Of a DNA stretch of 64,000 nucleotides, positions 12,531 to 25,537 are shown one piece after another (position 1 is the stretch's first letter; each line of letters starts with the position of its first letter). Under the pieces are notes generated by a model. That model was not told the DNA's origin. It ran no database searches and saw only the letters and a program-made list of their open reading frames with translations. The position numbers and the translations under genes were made by a program. The DNA comes from Eledone cirrhosa (lineage: Eukaryota), in the NCBI GenBank assembly GCA_964016885.1, contig OZ024752.1, forward strand, positions 3,534,001 through 3,598,000. The letters run 5' to 3'.

Positions 12531-13450
12531 TAGTAACACAAAAGTTAGTTCACCATACCAACACAAATTACCCGTTGGACTTAGTGATGGCTTTCCATTG
12601 GATGGAGTAGTCTACACCTGAGTCTTTCAGGGACCATACGTGGCTCGCAGGTTTCGTGGACGACTGTTTGCCCGGCTACCTAAAGGTCTACTGATGGTTA
12701 AGTAAGCGTTCCTTAAACCGGCCCTCTGCCATACCCACATAGGATTTGATCTCCTGTGGTTGATTTGGTTTGTTGGAAGTGACTACAGCTTCATAAACTA
12801 CAGAAGGTGTGATGAATTGGGGACAAGCTTCAGGCTTTCGGCAAGAGCATCCTGGTGGGGTTCCGCTCTTAGGGCTGTTGGTGTTGTGGACCTTCATATT
12901 CTTAGCGCAGCAGTATCCTAGTTTTGCCCTGTGTATGTTAAAGATGGAGTGATATTTGTGACCTATGGAGAAGTGTCAAAGGAAAGCTATAACTAGGTCC
13001 AAGCCATACGTAGGGGGTAAGTCGTCTTGTGGACTGTGTACTGAAGAAATGATCAATATTGTAAGGAAATTACGCAATACCGATTGCCTAAATCAAGAAG
13101 TGAATGTTTCTCCCGTTGTCCACACGTCTGGAAACACCTCTTGCATACCTACAAAGCTCTGGATTGAATAACACCAACATTCTAATATTCTAATCAACTC
13201 GAACAATTTATTCCGGACATTCGCAGTTATCTCCCTTACACCTTTCGATCGTAGATTTTTGTCGCGCGTTCATACGGTTGTTTCTCCTTTTCCTATTCCG
13301 TATAACCATTATCAGTCTGAGCTGATGTACCGTATAAAGTTAGACAATTGTTCCCTGTATAGTGAACTAACTGTTGTGTTACTATTCATACCAAACTCCT
13401 GCCAGTGACTGAGTGCTCTACTACTACAGATATTACCTTCCAGTCTTCTA
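12531..13450. mobile_element. Penelope-like element 3' fragment (GIY-YIG endonuclease) with internal inversion
   Basis: Minus 12688-12964: HKYHSIFN..GYCCAKNM..CSCRKPEACP..VVYEA..YVGMAEGRFKERLLNH; plus 12965-13150: KPY..SCGLCTEE..I..LN; inverted GTGAACTAACT.TTGTGTTACT at 12531-12552 and 13362-13383. Confidence 0.8.
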
Positions 13451-13452
13451 CC

Positions 13453-13536
<84 letters not shown>

Positions 13537-13658
13537 TACGTACACACACACATGCACACACACACACATACATACACACACACCTACATATATATATATA
13601 TATATATATTATAAAATAACAGGAGTCTGGACTGTTGTAATTCCTTAAAAGTGTTATT

Positions 13659-13716
13659 ATACTATGATAATTTCAATGACCTGGTTCAGTATGAATCTGG
13701 TGACATCATCAGGTAT
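13659..13716 (-). ncRNA. Type I HHR motif (irregular helix II)
   Basis: ATAC-CTGATGA-TG..CATT-GAAA-T(tatc)A-TA^GTAT. Confidence 0.55.
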
Positions 13717-14659
13717 TCGAAATATAACACAGGAATATAATAGACAAAATCCTTGGGGCTGAAAATCAGAGACATGAGGGCGACCGAACATTTAGCAGCT
13801 TCTACCTCGGTGGGTCACCCTCAAGTGGTGATTATTAAGCCTACTTATGTCCATCTGGTGAAAGGACGTAGGCTGATAGATAGTTTTCTACTACCACTCC
13901 GTCAAAGACAGAGGCCAGCGTTGAGGTCAGGTCACAATCAAGCTGATCATGCGAGCTAGAAAGTGCCGCGAAAAATATCAAAGAACATATATCTTTAACA
14001 TATCTATATATAGTAATGTATTGTAGGCGTCTGGATGGTATAATATATGGGCAGAAATTACGATTAACAATTAGAAACGTTAAACTTATGTTTAGAGTTA
14101 GAAGATGCCATTTAAGATGAAATTAGAAAAATAAGGTTTATGTATGAAGTTGTGAGATTTAGTTAAAGAATTTACAGAAGGGGGCTTTTATGAAAAAGTT
14201 TAAGTGTATTATAGATAGTCACGATAAAGTTTCAGGGTAAAATATAGAGTAAAGATTAAGGCCATGCTTAGCCGTCAATAACCAGCGACGTTTCGGACCC
14301 CGGCCAGCCCGGGGACAAACAGCGTGTCAGCCGTTCCAAGTATTATCGTCTAGCTAAAGAAATGGAAATTTATTTTTCCGAGCACTCCAGGAATGTTAAC
14401 TGTCTTAAGCGTCGGGTGTGCCGGCGGGCCATCGTGTATACCAAACGATTACTAATTATTCACACTGGTGGGGTGGGGGGGGGGGGTAGTTAAGTGCTAG
14501 AAGGAGGCAAGATAAAGTTAAAGTTATGATTAAGCCTAGAATTTAAAGGTACTGTTTGGCGGCCTATAACCGGTGATGTAGAGAGTAAAAAGGAAGTATA
14601 TAAGAACATATCGAAGAAATCACAATACAGAAGAAATAAAATACAGAACAAGGTGCAGT

Positions 14660-14826
14660 AAATGTCGACCCCAGAGCGTTACAGGAACTTTATTTTATTG
14701 ACCGCGTTAGGATGAAAGGCAAAGCTAACCATGGAGGGATTTGAACTCAAAACGTAAACAACTGTAACTATATGCCGTAAAGCTTATTGCCCGACGCTCT
14801 ATCGAAAGTGGCAATCTACCGCCCAA
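14660..14826 (-). mobile_element. tRNA-derived SINE, degenerate
   Basis: GGATGAAAGGCAAAG..GGGATTTGAACTC. Confidence 0.7.
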
Positions 14827-15127
14827 TGAGTAATATAAATCGTATGAACAATCACAATTACACAAACACACGTAAACATATATTTCTCCATTTTAATTAA
14901 GATGTGTTTGTTATTAATCTTTTCATTTTTGTGTGATGTAGCATCATTTGTTGTATCTATTGTTGTTCTAATGTTTGTATGGTGATTCATATTGTTTTCA
15001 TTTGCTTTCTCACCAATATTTCATTGTGATATTCTCATTGGTGTTTTTCTCTTTCCAAGTAAATGTAAACGAAGTCTACTACGTGTGTGTTTGTGTGAGC
15101 TACGTGCGTCTTTGTGTGTTGTTGCAG

Positions 15128-15586
15128 TGTGTGTGTTGGTGTGAGTTGGTGTGTGTCGGTGTGTAAGTGTATTGCTGTATGTGTGTGTGTTGATGTATGT
15201 GTTGATGTATGTGTTGATGTGTGCGTTGATGTGTGTTGATGTGTGTGTTGATGTGTGTGTTGGTGTTTGTGTACTGCTGTGTGTGTATTTGTTGATGTTA
15301 GTGTCTTGGTGTGTGTGTGTGTATTGGTGTGAGTGTTAGTGTATGTATGTTGGTTGGTGTGTGTTGGTGTGTAAGTATATTGTTGTATGTGTGTGTGTTG
15401 ATGTATGTTTTTATGTATGTGTTGATGTATGTGTTTTTGTGTGCGTTGATGTGTGTGTTGATGTGTGTGTTGGTGTTTGTGTACTGCTGTGTGTGTCTTT
15501 GTTGATGTTAGTGTCTTGGTGTGTGTGTGTGTGTATTGGTGTGAGTGTTAGTGTATGTATGCTAGTTGGTGTGTGTTGGTGTGTGC
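15128..15586. repeat. GT-rich minisatellite with a ~200-bp tandem duplication
   Basis: GTGTTGAT units; block GTTTGTGTACTGCTGTGTGTG..GTTGATGTTAGTGTCTTGG..GAGTGTTAGTGTATGTATG occurs twice. Confidence 0.85.
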
Positions 15587-16914
15587 CGAAAAGCTTGTTT
15601 CAACAAGTGTCTGCATCTATGTTTTCATAGCAATATATATGTGTGTACACAATATTGTCATGATAAACAAACACATTCGCTAAAAACGTAAATAACCACG
15701 TTAACAACCAAAACCGACGACGGTTTTAACGATAACTCTGATGATTATGATCAACATGATAATTATCACTTCGATAACGTCATCGAAGTGATAATCATCG
15801 ATATTTTCATCGACATCTTTGTAACAATAGCCATTTCGTACAGAAATCATCTTCACTATGATGATGATGATGATGACGAGATAATACGAAAATGGATACT
15901 CTGAATAATCACCAAATATTTATGAAAAGTAAAATCACAGAAATACTAAATGACAATAATGATAATGGCGGTGACAAATACTTTATTCCATATATATATA
16001 CATACACCCACCAACACATATATACACATATATATATACACCCATATATATATATATATATACACACATATACCTATATATATATATTTATATATATATA
16101 TATAAATATATATACATATATATATATACACCCACATATATATATATACATATATATACGTTATATACATATATATATACATTATTGTAGTTGGTGACAT
16201 GGGAGCCAATGTAGCTGTTAATGTTGAGATGTTCAAAATTCCATTCTGACCGGGTCACTAAGTTAGTCTTATTACTTTCGTTTTGAAGATTCTTCCCTTC
16301 TAGTCTTGTCTAGTGTTATGGCTACCTTCCCTCACCTCACAGCAAATTTGTTATCTTTTCAGGAGGTTGTGAGGGAATAGTGGTGGTGGCCATGGAGTAG
16401 TGGTGGCGGTGGTGATGGGCTAGTGGTACTGTAGTGATGGCATTGTAGTTGGTGTTGGTTTATCTCAGTTAAATTTTGTAGCCATTACAATGTGATGTTG
16501 TAGTGTTTGTTTATTCTTTTTGTTGTTTCTTTTTTGTCTGTTCTGCTCAGTAGCTCTGTGGTTCGTTACTTATATTTAATATACATGTTGACATCCTTCT
16601 TTAATATTTGAACTAAAGTTTGAGAGAGCTTGAGATAGAATAAGAATAATTATTATTATGCTGGTGGTGGTTTGAAATTGCCGTTATTTGACTGTTGTAT
16701 TTAGTATACGCAGAGGGGTTTTCTCCCATTTGTAAAAAATTTTCATTTTTTAATATAACATTTCTAATACAAAATTAAATAGTTGTGCCATATGCCAGGG
16801 AATTATTGGATCTCACTTACTGAGAGTTAAAGCTGATGCCTTATGTCCCATTTGCAATAAAAATTATTATACCACAATTGTTTTAAATATTTCTTATTAT
16901 TATTTCCATTATTT

Positions 16915-17246
16915 TTTTTATTGCGCATAATTACTGCTTTACCGAGCACAGCTCTGTGTTCCTTGGGTATGAGCAGTGTAGTTTTAGCTGATGTTGTTTC
17001 TATTGTACTGATAGTACTTTACGTAATATGTGTGCAGTGACTAGTCGTGCTATCTTTTGTATGTTATATATATTTGTGAGGCCTGGGGTTTTGGCTATGT
17101 GTGTGTTGTTATCATAAGTAATGTTTCGGCTTTCATTTTTCTCATTTGAGTTATTTCTATCTCTAGATCTTTATATTTGGAGAGTTTCTCTATTTCCTTG
17201 GAAAATATATTGCCGTCTGTGGGGATACATCTATTATACGGTATTT
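16915..17246 (-). mobile_element. R4/Dong-like RLE LINE 3' end (second family, decayed)
   Basis: Minus-strand peptides KEIEKLSKYKDLEIEITQM and TPGLTNIYNIQKIARLVTAHILRKVLS; abuts (TAG/TAA)n at 17247-17372. Confidence 0.75.
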
Positions 17247-17305
17247 AGTAGTAGTAGTAGTAGTAGAAGTAGTAGTAGTATTATTATTGTTATTATTATT
17301 ATTAC

Positions 17306-17373
<68 letters not shown>

Positions 17374-17741
17374 TAGGTTATAGTATATTTGACTATTGAG
17401 AAGATAATTTATTCCCTTTGCAAATATTTTTCATTGTAAATAGATCTATTCATGATATACTCCATCTTAATGAAATAGTTATGAGATAGCTGCTTGATAA
17501 TTATCTTGATTTCTTAATTTGTTACGACTAATAAATTATGTATATTAAATTCATTAACGTAAATCTAACATTAAATGAATTACAAAATGTTTACAAATTA
17601 TCTTATTGCTAATTTTAGTATTATTTTCAAAATCAAGTTTAATGTGTATCAACAAAAGATTTCCCAAAATGTTATATACATGTAACACATGCACTCTCCA
17701 ACGCAAAAACATACATACATACGTAATACATACGTATATAC

Positions 17742-18810
17742 ATGATGGGCGCAAACTCTGCTAAGAGTGTTGCAATCGCTTGTCAGATTATAGAGCTTGG
17801 TGCACTTTTAGGCTACAGCCAGCGACGTGAACCTGTAACATATCCTGAACAAGTGGGGAAAGGCCTTGCACACGAGCAATCCCACTCACTGAACAACGGA
17901 AACACTACCGAAAAGGAGAACTGGTCAATATCATCGGATGCTTCCAAAGCTGTAGGTTATTTTTCAGAGTTTTCCGCTCCTAGAAAGGTGTTGTGTCAAC
18001 AACTGGGGGTCTTTAACTCCCAGGTGAGGAAAATAATAGTACTGTTTGGATGACCTTTGAGTCTGCTTAGATTCTCCACCCTTTGCTAGGTCTTGTATTA
18101 CATCCCGCAGGGTGACCAAATATCACCCTCCTCAACAAGCAAGCTTGGTGGGATTGGCAGTTTAGTCGCCGACAACTCAATCGTATATACATAAATACAT
18201 ACATGCATGCATACATACATACATACATACATACATACATACATACATACATACATACATACATACATACAAGGTGGCTGCCAACTCGTTTTCAAGTACG
18301 GCCACTACTTTATATCCATGTAGGAGAACCCCTACCGATGCGCTGAACGAGTGTGACTTTTTAGTCCAGCCAGCGACTTGAAAACTCTGGTACAAACACT
18401 ACACTTGTGACAATTACTGACACATTGTGCTGGCCCCATGGTGCCATGTGACAACAAGTGCAGAGAGATCTCCAGATATAAAGCAATGCCTGTGCCGTGA
18501 AGCTTTTATAGTGAGCAAAGGCACTGCACAAAGCCAGTCCCACTCTCTTAACCAAGATGATATTTACCAAAAAGAAGAACATACATACATACATACATAC
18601 ATACATACATACATACATGAAAGCTGCAAACTCTGCTAAGAGTGTTGAAATCGCTTGTCAGATTCAGATGTTTGATGCTCGGATCTGGCTTGCACTTCTT
18701 CACCCATTGACGACAACTATGGATCTCCCTGGCCTCAGGGTGACGAACACCAATCATGGAAAGAAGCAGTTTATTAGAGCTCAAGAGTGGCTAAATGGAA
18801 GTGAAGGAAA
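17742..18810. mobile_element. Cluster of non-coding repeat modules inserted in (TACA)n tracts
   Basis: GCAAACTCTGCTAAGAGTGTTG.AATCGCTTGTCAGATT occurs twice (about 17750 and 18626), each directly after (TACA)n-like sequence. Confidence 0.5.
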
Positions 18811-18871
18811 AGAGAAGTAATCAAAATGCAACTAGAGATTTTTTTTTTTTAAATATATATTTATTTGGTTC

Positions 18872-18907
18872 CTTTACCGGTTTCGCAGTTCTTCTGCTTT
18901 TCAAAAG
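18872..18907 (-). ncRNA. Minimal HHR motif, U3-A8 core variant
   Basis: CTT-TTGAAAA-GCAG(aagaa)CTGC-GAAA-CCGG-TA^AAG; palindromic ACCGGT helix III. Confidence 0.6.
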
Positions 18908-18968
18908 TAGAATTGAGATGGGGGACACCTTGTTTTTTTGTCCTTTTGTAAAAAGACCTCACTTTCTA

Positions 18969-19012
<44 letters not shown>

Positions 19013-20056
19013 CATATATTGTTGCATAATATGTTTTTCTCTCTCTTCTACTGTACGACTGTACACCAACCCTAATTAACTCAATCTTTAACTTAATCTC
19101 TTATTCATCCTCATGTATCTCACTCTAGCATTTCCTTTAAGTTATAGCAAGTCGGCCCACACCTAATTTACTGTATTTCAAATTTACCTCTAAACCTTCT
19201 TCACGGGTCTTATTTTTATAATCACTTTAAATTAGTTTATGTTGGCCTACACTACTTAATTGGTAAAGGAACAACGTAACAGCTCCATATCGATCAGGCA
19301 TGTTGGTTCGGGGTTTCACAGATATTTGACGCAGGCTGCGCGGAACAATCATATTGTCAATCCCCTCTCGGATATTCAGTTTATATATCGTAAGATTTCA
19401 CTCTGACATTCCTCTCATCGAGTGCTTGAGTATCCGGTAAGACGGGAAATAGGACACCTGGATGTAATCCGTAGCACTTTATCAAACGGGGAACTAGCGA
19501 GTAGTACGGCTATGGTACCTTTAACAGTTTCGGACCAATTAAATTATAAATATACATCTACGCCATACTCTCTGGTTTATAGCTAGGCCTACAGGCAGCT
19601 ACCTCTTTACGTTTTAATTTTCTTAGTTATAATTTGTTTCATTATAATCATCTCTTTACCACATATCTATCCCATTTAATATAACATTTCCCTTTGTTTT
19701 TGATTAATTAATTAGTTTGTTTTATTGAATATTAATCTTTTTGTTATAATATTCTCAGTTGTTGCAGACCTGTGGAAAATATGAGGTTGGGAGGGAATGT
19801 CACAACTATTATAGCAGTCTGTCACTACTACTACAACAGCTAATGATAGACAAGATAGGGAGAAGACCTACCAACCGTTTTCATTACTTCCGCCAAACCT
19901 CTTGGGGACATACAGGGGCCGACTGCCGAAGAAACAACACCACATGTTCGGCCGGCCCCCTGTATCATGAAAAGAAAATATTTTTTAGGGGAAATTATTA
20001 GATTCTTCGAAATTTAAAGGTTTCTTAGGAACTTTCTATGTTTATTTTAGGTTTTG

Positions 20057-20114
20057 CCGTCTGAAGAGCTCAGGCTATCAAAATTGATAGCTCTCAATGA
20101 AATATGTATAACGG
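20057..20114 (+). ncRNA. Type I HHR motif (CUGAAGA core)
   Basis: CCGT-CTGAAGA-..GCTATCA(aaat)TGATAGC..-GAAA-TATGTA-TA^ACGG. Confidence 0.65.
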
Positions 20115-21874
20115 AGTTTTGATTAAACCTGTACTAACTGAATATGGCCTCCGATCTGTTATTAGTACATGATGGTCCGTCTTGTACCATGTATACAGAT
20201 TTGTTGAGCGCCTCTTTTTATCTGCTTCACAACCAACAGACTATAATGTGATCAGCACATCCCTCCTCTCTTAGCCTCTTACTCTAAATATCTATCTACA
20301 TATATATGCATACATACATTCACACATACATAAATACGTAAATTCATACATACATACATTCATACATATACACATTCATTCATACATACATACTTACATA
20401 CATATGTATATACATAGTTTCATACATATGTACATACATACAAAAACGTAAATATATACATAAACATTCATACCTACATATATAGATATATATGGTCACA
20501 TTCATACATACACATTGTTTCATACATACTAGTTGAATGTATTGAAATCATAAGAGTTGCAGGATGAATGTGACGATAACTTCAGGTACAAATTTGTTGT
20601 GAGTCTCGTCATCTGTAGACTACTTCGAATTATTTTTCATTTACTTTAGAAAATGAGGAAGAAGAAGAGTTCTAAAACAAATGAAGTAAAGTAGCATCTT
20701 GCTTCTTTTTATTCTTCAACAAAGGAAAGATATAAATAATTATTTTGCAGAATCATGTCTTAGAAACGTCTGAAGCAAACGTCCACATCTGTGCTTCCTC
20801 TCAGAAAACTATATTTGCTGTCTTTTCCATTCTCAAATCACAATGAAAAAAATAAACGTCTTACTAAAATAGTTTGTGGTTGTATTTCCATTTTAAAGAA
20901 ATTTTGTTCAGTTTATTTATCTATTTATTTATTTATTCAATCATTTATATATTTAAGTATTGCCTTTTTTTACATTAGATTTTCTTTGTTATTTTTTGGT
21001 GGGTTTTATTTTTGTTGTTGTTTTTTTCTTGCTAATATTTCAAGAAAATAGAAATTAAACTATACGAAAAACTAAGACAACGAAAAAAAACAAAAGATAA
21101 ACAACAACAAAAATATTTAAATGTTATAATCACGTCTTGAAGGGATGAAATATTATTATCAGATGACTTGAAATAGTCATGAATATTCAATTCCTCTCTT
21201 TTTCTCTCTCTCGTCAAACACTTGTTTTCTGTTTTAGCTCCTAAATTATTCTTTTTATCTTTTAATATTAATCATAATTTTAAAATTCTCCCCTTATACA
21301 ATTTCCGCTGTTGTTCTCCTTTCAATACGTGTAAGTATCTCTATGTGTGTGTATGTCTGTGTGGACAAAACACACACATAATGTAAATTGTGAGAGTTTG
21401 TTGTTCTTTCATTTTTATTTCTTTTATTGATTCTATGTGTGTATGTTATAGTGTATATATGTGTATATATCACCGTGTGTTTGTGTGAGCAAATATTTCA
21501 TACAAAATGCTCAACTCTACAAATTTAGCTTTGAGTTTTCTCAGAGAATTAAATCCAAAGAAAAATATATTAAGAATTAAAACAATGAAGAGAATGACTT
21601 AAAATTCCCAAACATTTAGCTGACATTCCTTTCATTTCAACGATATGTTAAATAAGGTGGGAAATAGATTTTCCAGACAACATAAGTCTAATTGATCCAT
21701 ATTTTAGTCTTTATATTTCAAAACATCTTGAACTGTTGTCGTGGGACGAAAGAGAATTGGGGATAGGGGTTGAGGAGCCAAATTCAATTGCGTCATTAAA
21801 ATATTCAGTATATTGCCCTGAAGCACTCAAATGTATACTACATAAAATATACAGACACGTAGACACATTAATAC

Positions 21875-21960
<86 letters not shown>

Positions 21961-21961
<1 letters not shown>

Positions 21962-22052
21962 GGAACCAGTAAGACCCCGACGGCTGAGCTCAAGCCGTTT
22001 CGACTTTGGTGCGTTATAGTCCACCTGGTTCCTTACCACATTTCCTTCGTTA
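21961..22052. mobile_element. PLE-type terminal fragment with inversion (family of 23125 and 48970)
   Basis: Inverted HHR 3' half (21961-22004) fused to the direct tail TTTGGTGCGTTAT.GTCCACCTGGTTCC. Confidence 0.7.
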
Positions 22053-22080
22053 TGTATATATATATATATATTATATAAAT

Positions 22081-22174
22081 GGCTTCTACAGGACTAGAAC
22101 TGTTTCATTCGAAGGAGTTCATCTTGTATGTATTTAATACCTTACTGTGGTTACTCCCGATTGAACCCGGGATA
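22081..22174. mobile_element. PLE-type terminal fragment with inversion (family of 1083)
   Basis: TTCTACAGGACTAGAACTGTTTCATTC is the reverse complement of 1104-1130, followed by the direct tail CTTACTGTGGTTAC..AACCCGG. Confidence 0.7.
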
Positions 22175-22214
22175 CACACACACACAAATGTATATATATA
22201 TATATATATGTAGT

Positions 22215-22473
22215 TTGAGATTTTCGAATATTAATAATAATATTCGATTCGTTTGCAATTATGCAAACAGCCTCTTTTAAGGCATGTCATTAGCATGGGA
22301 CCCTCATTCTTGCTCTTGTGTTGGCATGTAAAAAAAACTGCAGACATTAATGTTTCTGGGTAATACCCTTCATCGGTGCAGTTTACTGCTCACCTACCAA
22401 CTTTCAGAGCTAGTGGAAATATATGGTATTTTCTGAAATATACAGTGACTGATCGGCCTGATTTGCTTATTAG
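22215..22473 (-). mobile_element. PLE-type terminal fragment, also at 34037-34298
   Basis: About 260 bp of clear similarity, including the HHR. Confidence 0.75.
22336..22383 (-). ncRNA. HHR motif with a U4C change
   Basis: AACTGCA-CCGATGA-AGGGT(att)ACCCA-GAAA-CA(ttaa)TG-TC^TGCAGTT. Confidence 0.6.
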
Positions 22474-22508
22474 TACGAGAATATAATTCGAATTATATTC
22501 TCGTACTA
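22471..22508. repeat. Perfect 38-bp palindrome
   Basis: TAGTACGAGAATATAATTCGAATTATATTCTCGTACTA. Confidence 0.9.
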
Positions 22509-23124
22509 GTTTACTTTCTTGCACTGGGTGGTTGCTGGCCCTGTGTTTGGGGTAGAAACCTTTATTATTTTCGTGGTCTCTCTTTAGTATTCTGGCCCCC
22601 CTTTTGTTGACCCGTCACCGTACGGTACACGCACTTATACCTCGTATAAGGGTCCCTTTATCTCCGTCCCACCTAGTTTTTTTCTTTTATTATCATTTAT
22701 TTTTTTATTCTACATTATATATATATATATTTTTTTTTTAAATTTATTTATTTTATTTATCTATTCTTTTATTCACTTATTTGTTTATTTATTTATGTAT
22801 TTCTTCAGCCTAGCAATAGCGAGAGACTTAAGTCTTAGTAACCAGATTTTGCTTATATTTTTTTCTCTCTCAGTACCTTTTACAGTTTTACCTTTCATTG
22901 TTCTACTTACCGTTTCGACCTCCTCGCCAGTATTTTCTTTGACCTCACACCAATCTGTAGCTGGCACTACCAACGCATGAATGGGTCTACTCCATCCCCT
23001 CTCCCCTTTTATCCTACTGGCAGGTTTAGCTACCCCTTCCCCCACCAACTTGCCATCACAGATTTACTACTAACTTGTGATGTGACCAATCCTGGTGATT
23101 ATCTCTTTGACCATATATGGAATT

Positions 23125-23219
23125 ACCCATTGATAAGTTCGGCTATTTAAATACCAGAATTAATTTTTCAATCAGTACAGAATTAGCCGTCGAAACGGCT
23201 TGAGCTCAGCCGTCGGGGT
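23125..23219 (+). ncRNA. Decayed HHR motif, U3-A8 core variant
   Basis: ACCCa-TTGATAA-GttCGGCTA..TAGCCGtC-GAAA-CGGCT(tgagctc)AGCCG-TC^GGGGT; one mismatch next to the cleavage site. Confidence 0.55.
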
Positions 23220-24430
23220 CTTACTTGTTCCTATTACCCACTCTACTACCCTACGTATTGAGTACTTTGGTGCGTTATGGTCCACCTGGTTCCGTACCAC
23301 ATTTCCTTCGTTATATATATATATATATATATTATTGCTACATATTTAAAAGTAGTTGCGGTTAGATGTACTTTCATTGGTTCAAGATGCATATTTACCA
23401 AACTAGGATGTCTCTATACGTAGCTAATCGATAGAGAACTAAAATTGATGGCTTTCCTGTATCTCTCAACCTGTCAGATATAATATGAGTTCTTCCCTGA
23501 ATAACACACAGTCCATTGTATTTCTATATAATCTATCTTTCTAAGGGAATGGAATGTCATGGATGAACTGATTTTGGTGATAGTCCTCCTGAATGATAAA
23601 CGCTATAATCTAAGTAGAGAATGCTACAATAACTAATGATACGAGTATTTGTATGTCTCTTAACTCTGCAGGAAATAATTTCATTGCTTGCATGAATCCT
23701 TTCATTAATAGTTGTAAGTGTGGTATGATTGTAATTTCATCTACGTACGAGAAAATATGGGAGTGCATTGGTCATACAAATCACGTGTATATATATAAAT
23801 ATATTTGTACCCTACATAAAACACATGTAACTTTCATTTTATGGCTGTGTTATTAGTAATTAGAAACTTATTTAGTTTTAAACAGTTGAAGTATATATGG
23901 GACTAATTATCATAAGAATGCTGTTTCCATATAATTAACCAAAATACATTACTTAGAAAATTGAACATAAACATAAAATAAGAGCTCATATATCTTAAAA
24001 TATGTTGTGAATGCATGTATAAGTATTCGATGTTGCATTCTACCATTTTGCATGTACAGAAATAAATTTGCAGAGAAACACATCGTTTTAGGAAGTAGGT
24101 CATACGCAATGCAACTTTTATGGTTTTTGTTTCTTTCGTTTCCTTTATTTCGTTTTTGCTGCATTTTTATGGTGCTAAGTTTATACTATCCTCCGATTTA
24201 CTTGTGTACAATATTTGAATCAACATTCCTGGCTTTAAAAAAAGTTTCCACGTCTTTTTAAAATGTCCTTTTTCATGCAATACCTTCGGTTATGTTGTTT
24301 TATGGAGATGGTCATTCATTTAGAATTAAACCATTCAAAAGTGAAAAAAAGAAAATACTGCTGACAAGAATTGAACACAGTATGTCTCCATGCTGCATTA
24401 TCACCATACAGCTGACACATGGAATCATTA

Positions 24431-24604
24431 TGTGGATTCGCAGTATCCGTAGAGGGTGGGACGCCATGCGTTGACTGCCCTTGCCATTCTGAGTTCAAAT
24501 CCCGCCGAGGTTAACTTTGCCTTTCATCCTTAGGGGTCGATAAAATAAAGTACCAGTAATACACTGGGTAATTGCTGGCCTTGTGCGAAAAGTAGAAACA
24601 ATTA
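24431..24604 (+). mobile_element. tRNA-derived SINE
   Basis: A-box-like head, B-box GAGTTCAAATCC, core and tail AGTAGAAACAATTA. Confidence 0.85.
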
Positions 24605-24847
24605 TTGAGAAATAAAGCAAACATTCTCTGATGTATATATATTTCCATTTGCTGCGAAATGTGACATATTCTATAGGTAAAGAACTACGTAATTTAATGA
24701 AGAAAATAAAAACTAAGTAACGGGGGATAACTGTATATAATATACACACATGTCTATATGTATGTGTGATTCTGCTTGTGTTGTGTGTGTATGTATATGC
24801 AAGTATGTAGGTGCATATATATATATATATAAATATATATATATATA

Positions 24848-25510
24848 TGAAATATACAAGACCCTCAGAAGACAACTGATGAGGATCCCCCCCCCCCCTG
24901 ATTCTTGCTTTCTTCTTATTCTCATTCCAATTTTAATCCTTCCTTAACTAGCAACTACACAGCCAATCCTATTCTCTATATACTTCATGTTTCGCTGTGA
25001 CCCGTCTTCTCTCCACATCTACCCACACATTTCGCTACTATCTACTCTTCCCCTCTTTCTTCCACTTCCTTTCTCCCTCTGACTTTCACTCCCCCCCCCC
25101 TGTCTCTCTCTCTCTACTCCAGCCACCTCATTGTTTCCCTCACCTGACCCTCTAGCAGTCCTTTATTTACTTACACTCACTGGGGTCAGTCGTTTCTTTT
25201 CGTTCCCCCACACGCTCTCGAACTTAAGTTCTGTTACCGTTGTTGTCTTGGATTTTCTTACATTAAGTTGCTCGCACATTGCTCGGTCTGTTTTGTTTTT
25301 TTCGTGTTTTATCTTTTTTTTTCCTTTTCCCTTCTATTTTCCTTCCCTCCCTCCTCCGTTTTCCCAATGACTTACCCAGTTATTGAACGCTATGGGGATA
25401 GAAATATTGTCTTTAAAGCGTTGAAATATCCGAGACCCCCAGAAGACAACTGATGAGGAAAACTACACCACGGCCCCGTTCTTGCATTCTTCTTATTCTC
25501 ATTCCAATTA
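24848..25510 (+). mobile_element. Element with ~85-bp direct terminal repeats (pseudo-LTR-like)
   Basis: GAAATAT..AGACCC.CAGAAGACAACTGATGAGGA..TTCTTGC.TTCTTCTTATTCTCATTCCAATT at 24848-24932 and 25423-25509. Confidence 0.55.
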
Positions 25511-25537
25511 TAAGCGGCCCTAGGTATATAAATATAT

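Noticed and set aside
13318-13356. Possible HHR remnant CTGATGT..TAGA-CAATTG-TT at the PLE end
   Set aside because: A9 and GAAA are both altered and helix I is absent
14283-14355. Minus-strand hairpin followed by GAAACGTC
   Set aside because: No acceptable CUGANGA or UUGANAA core in register
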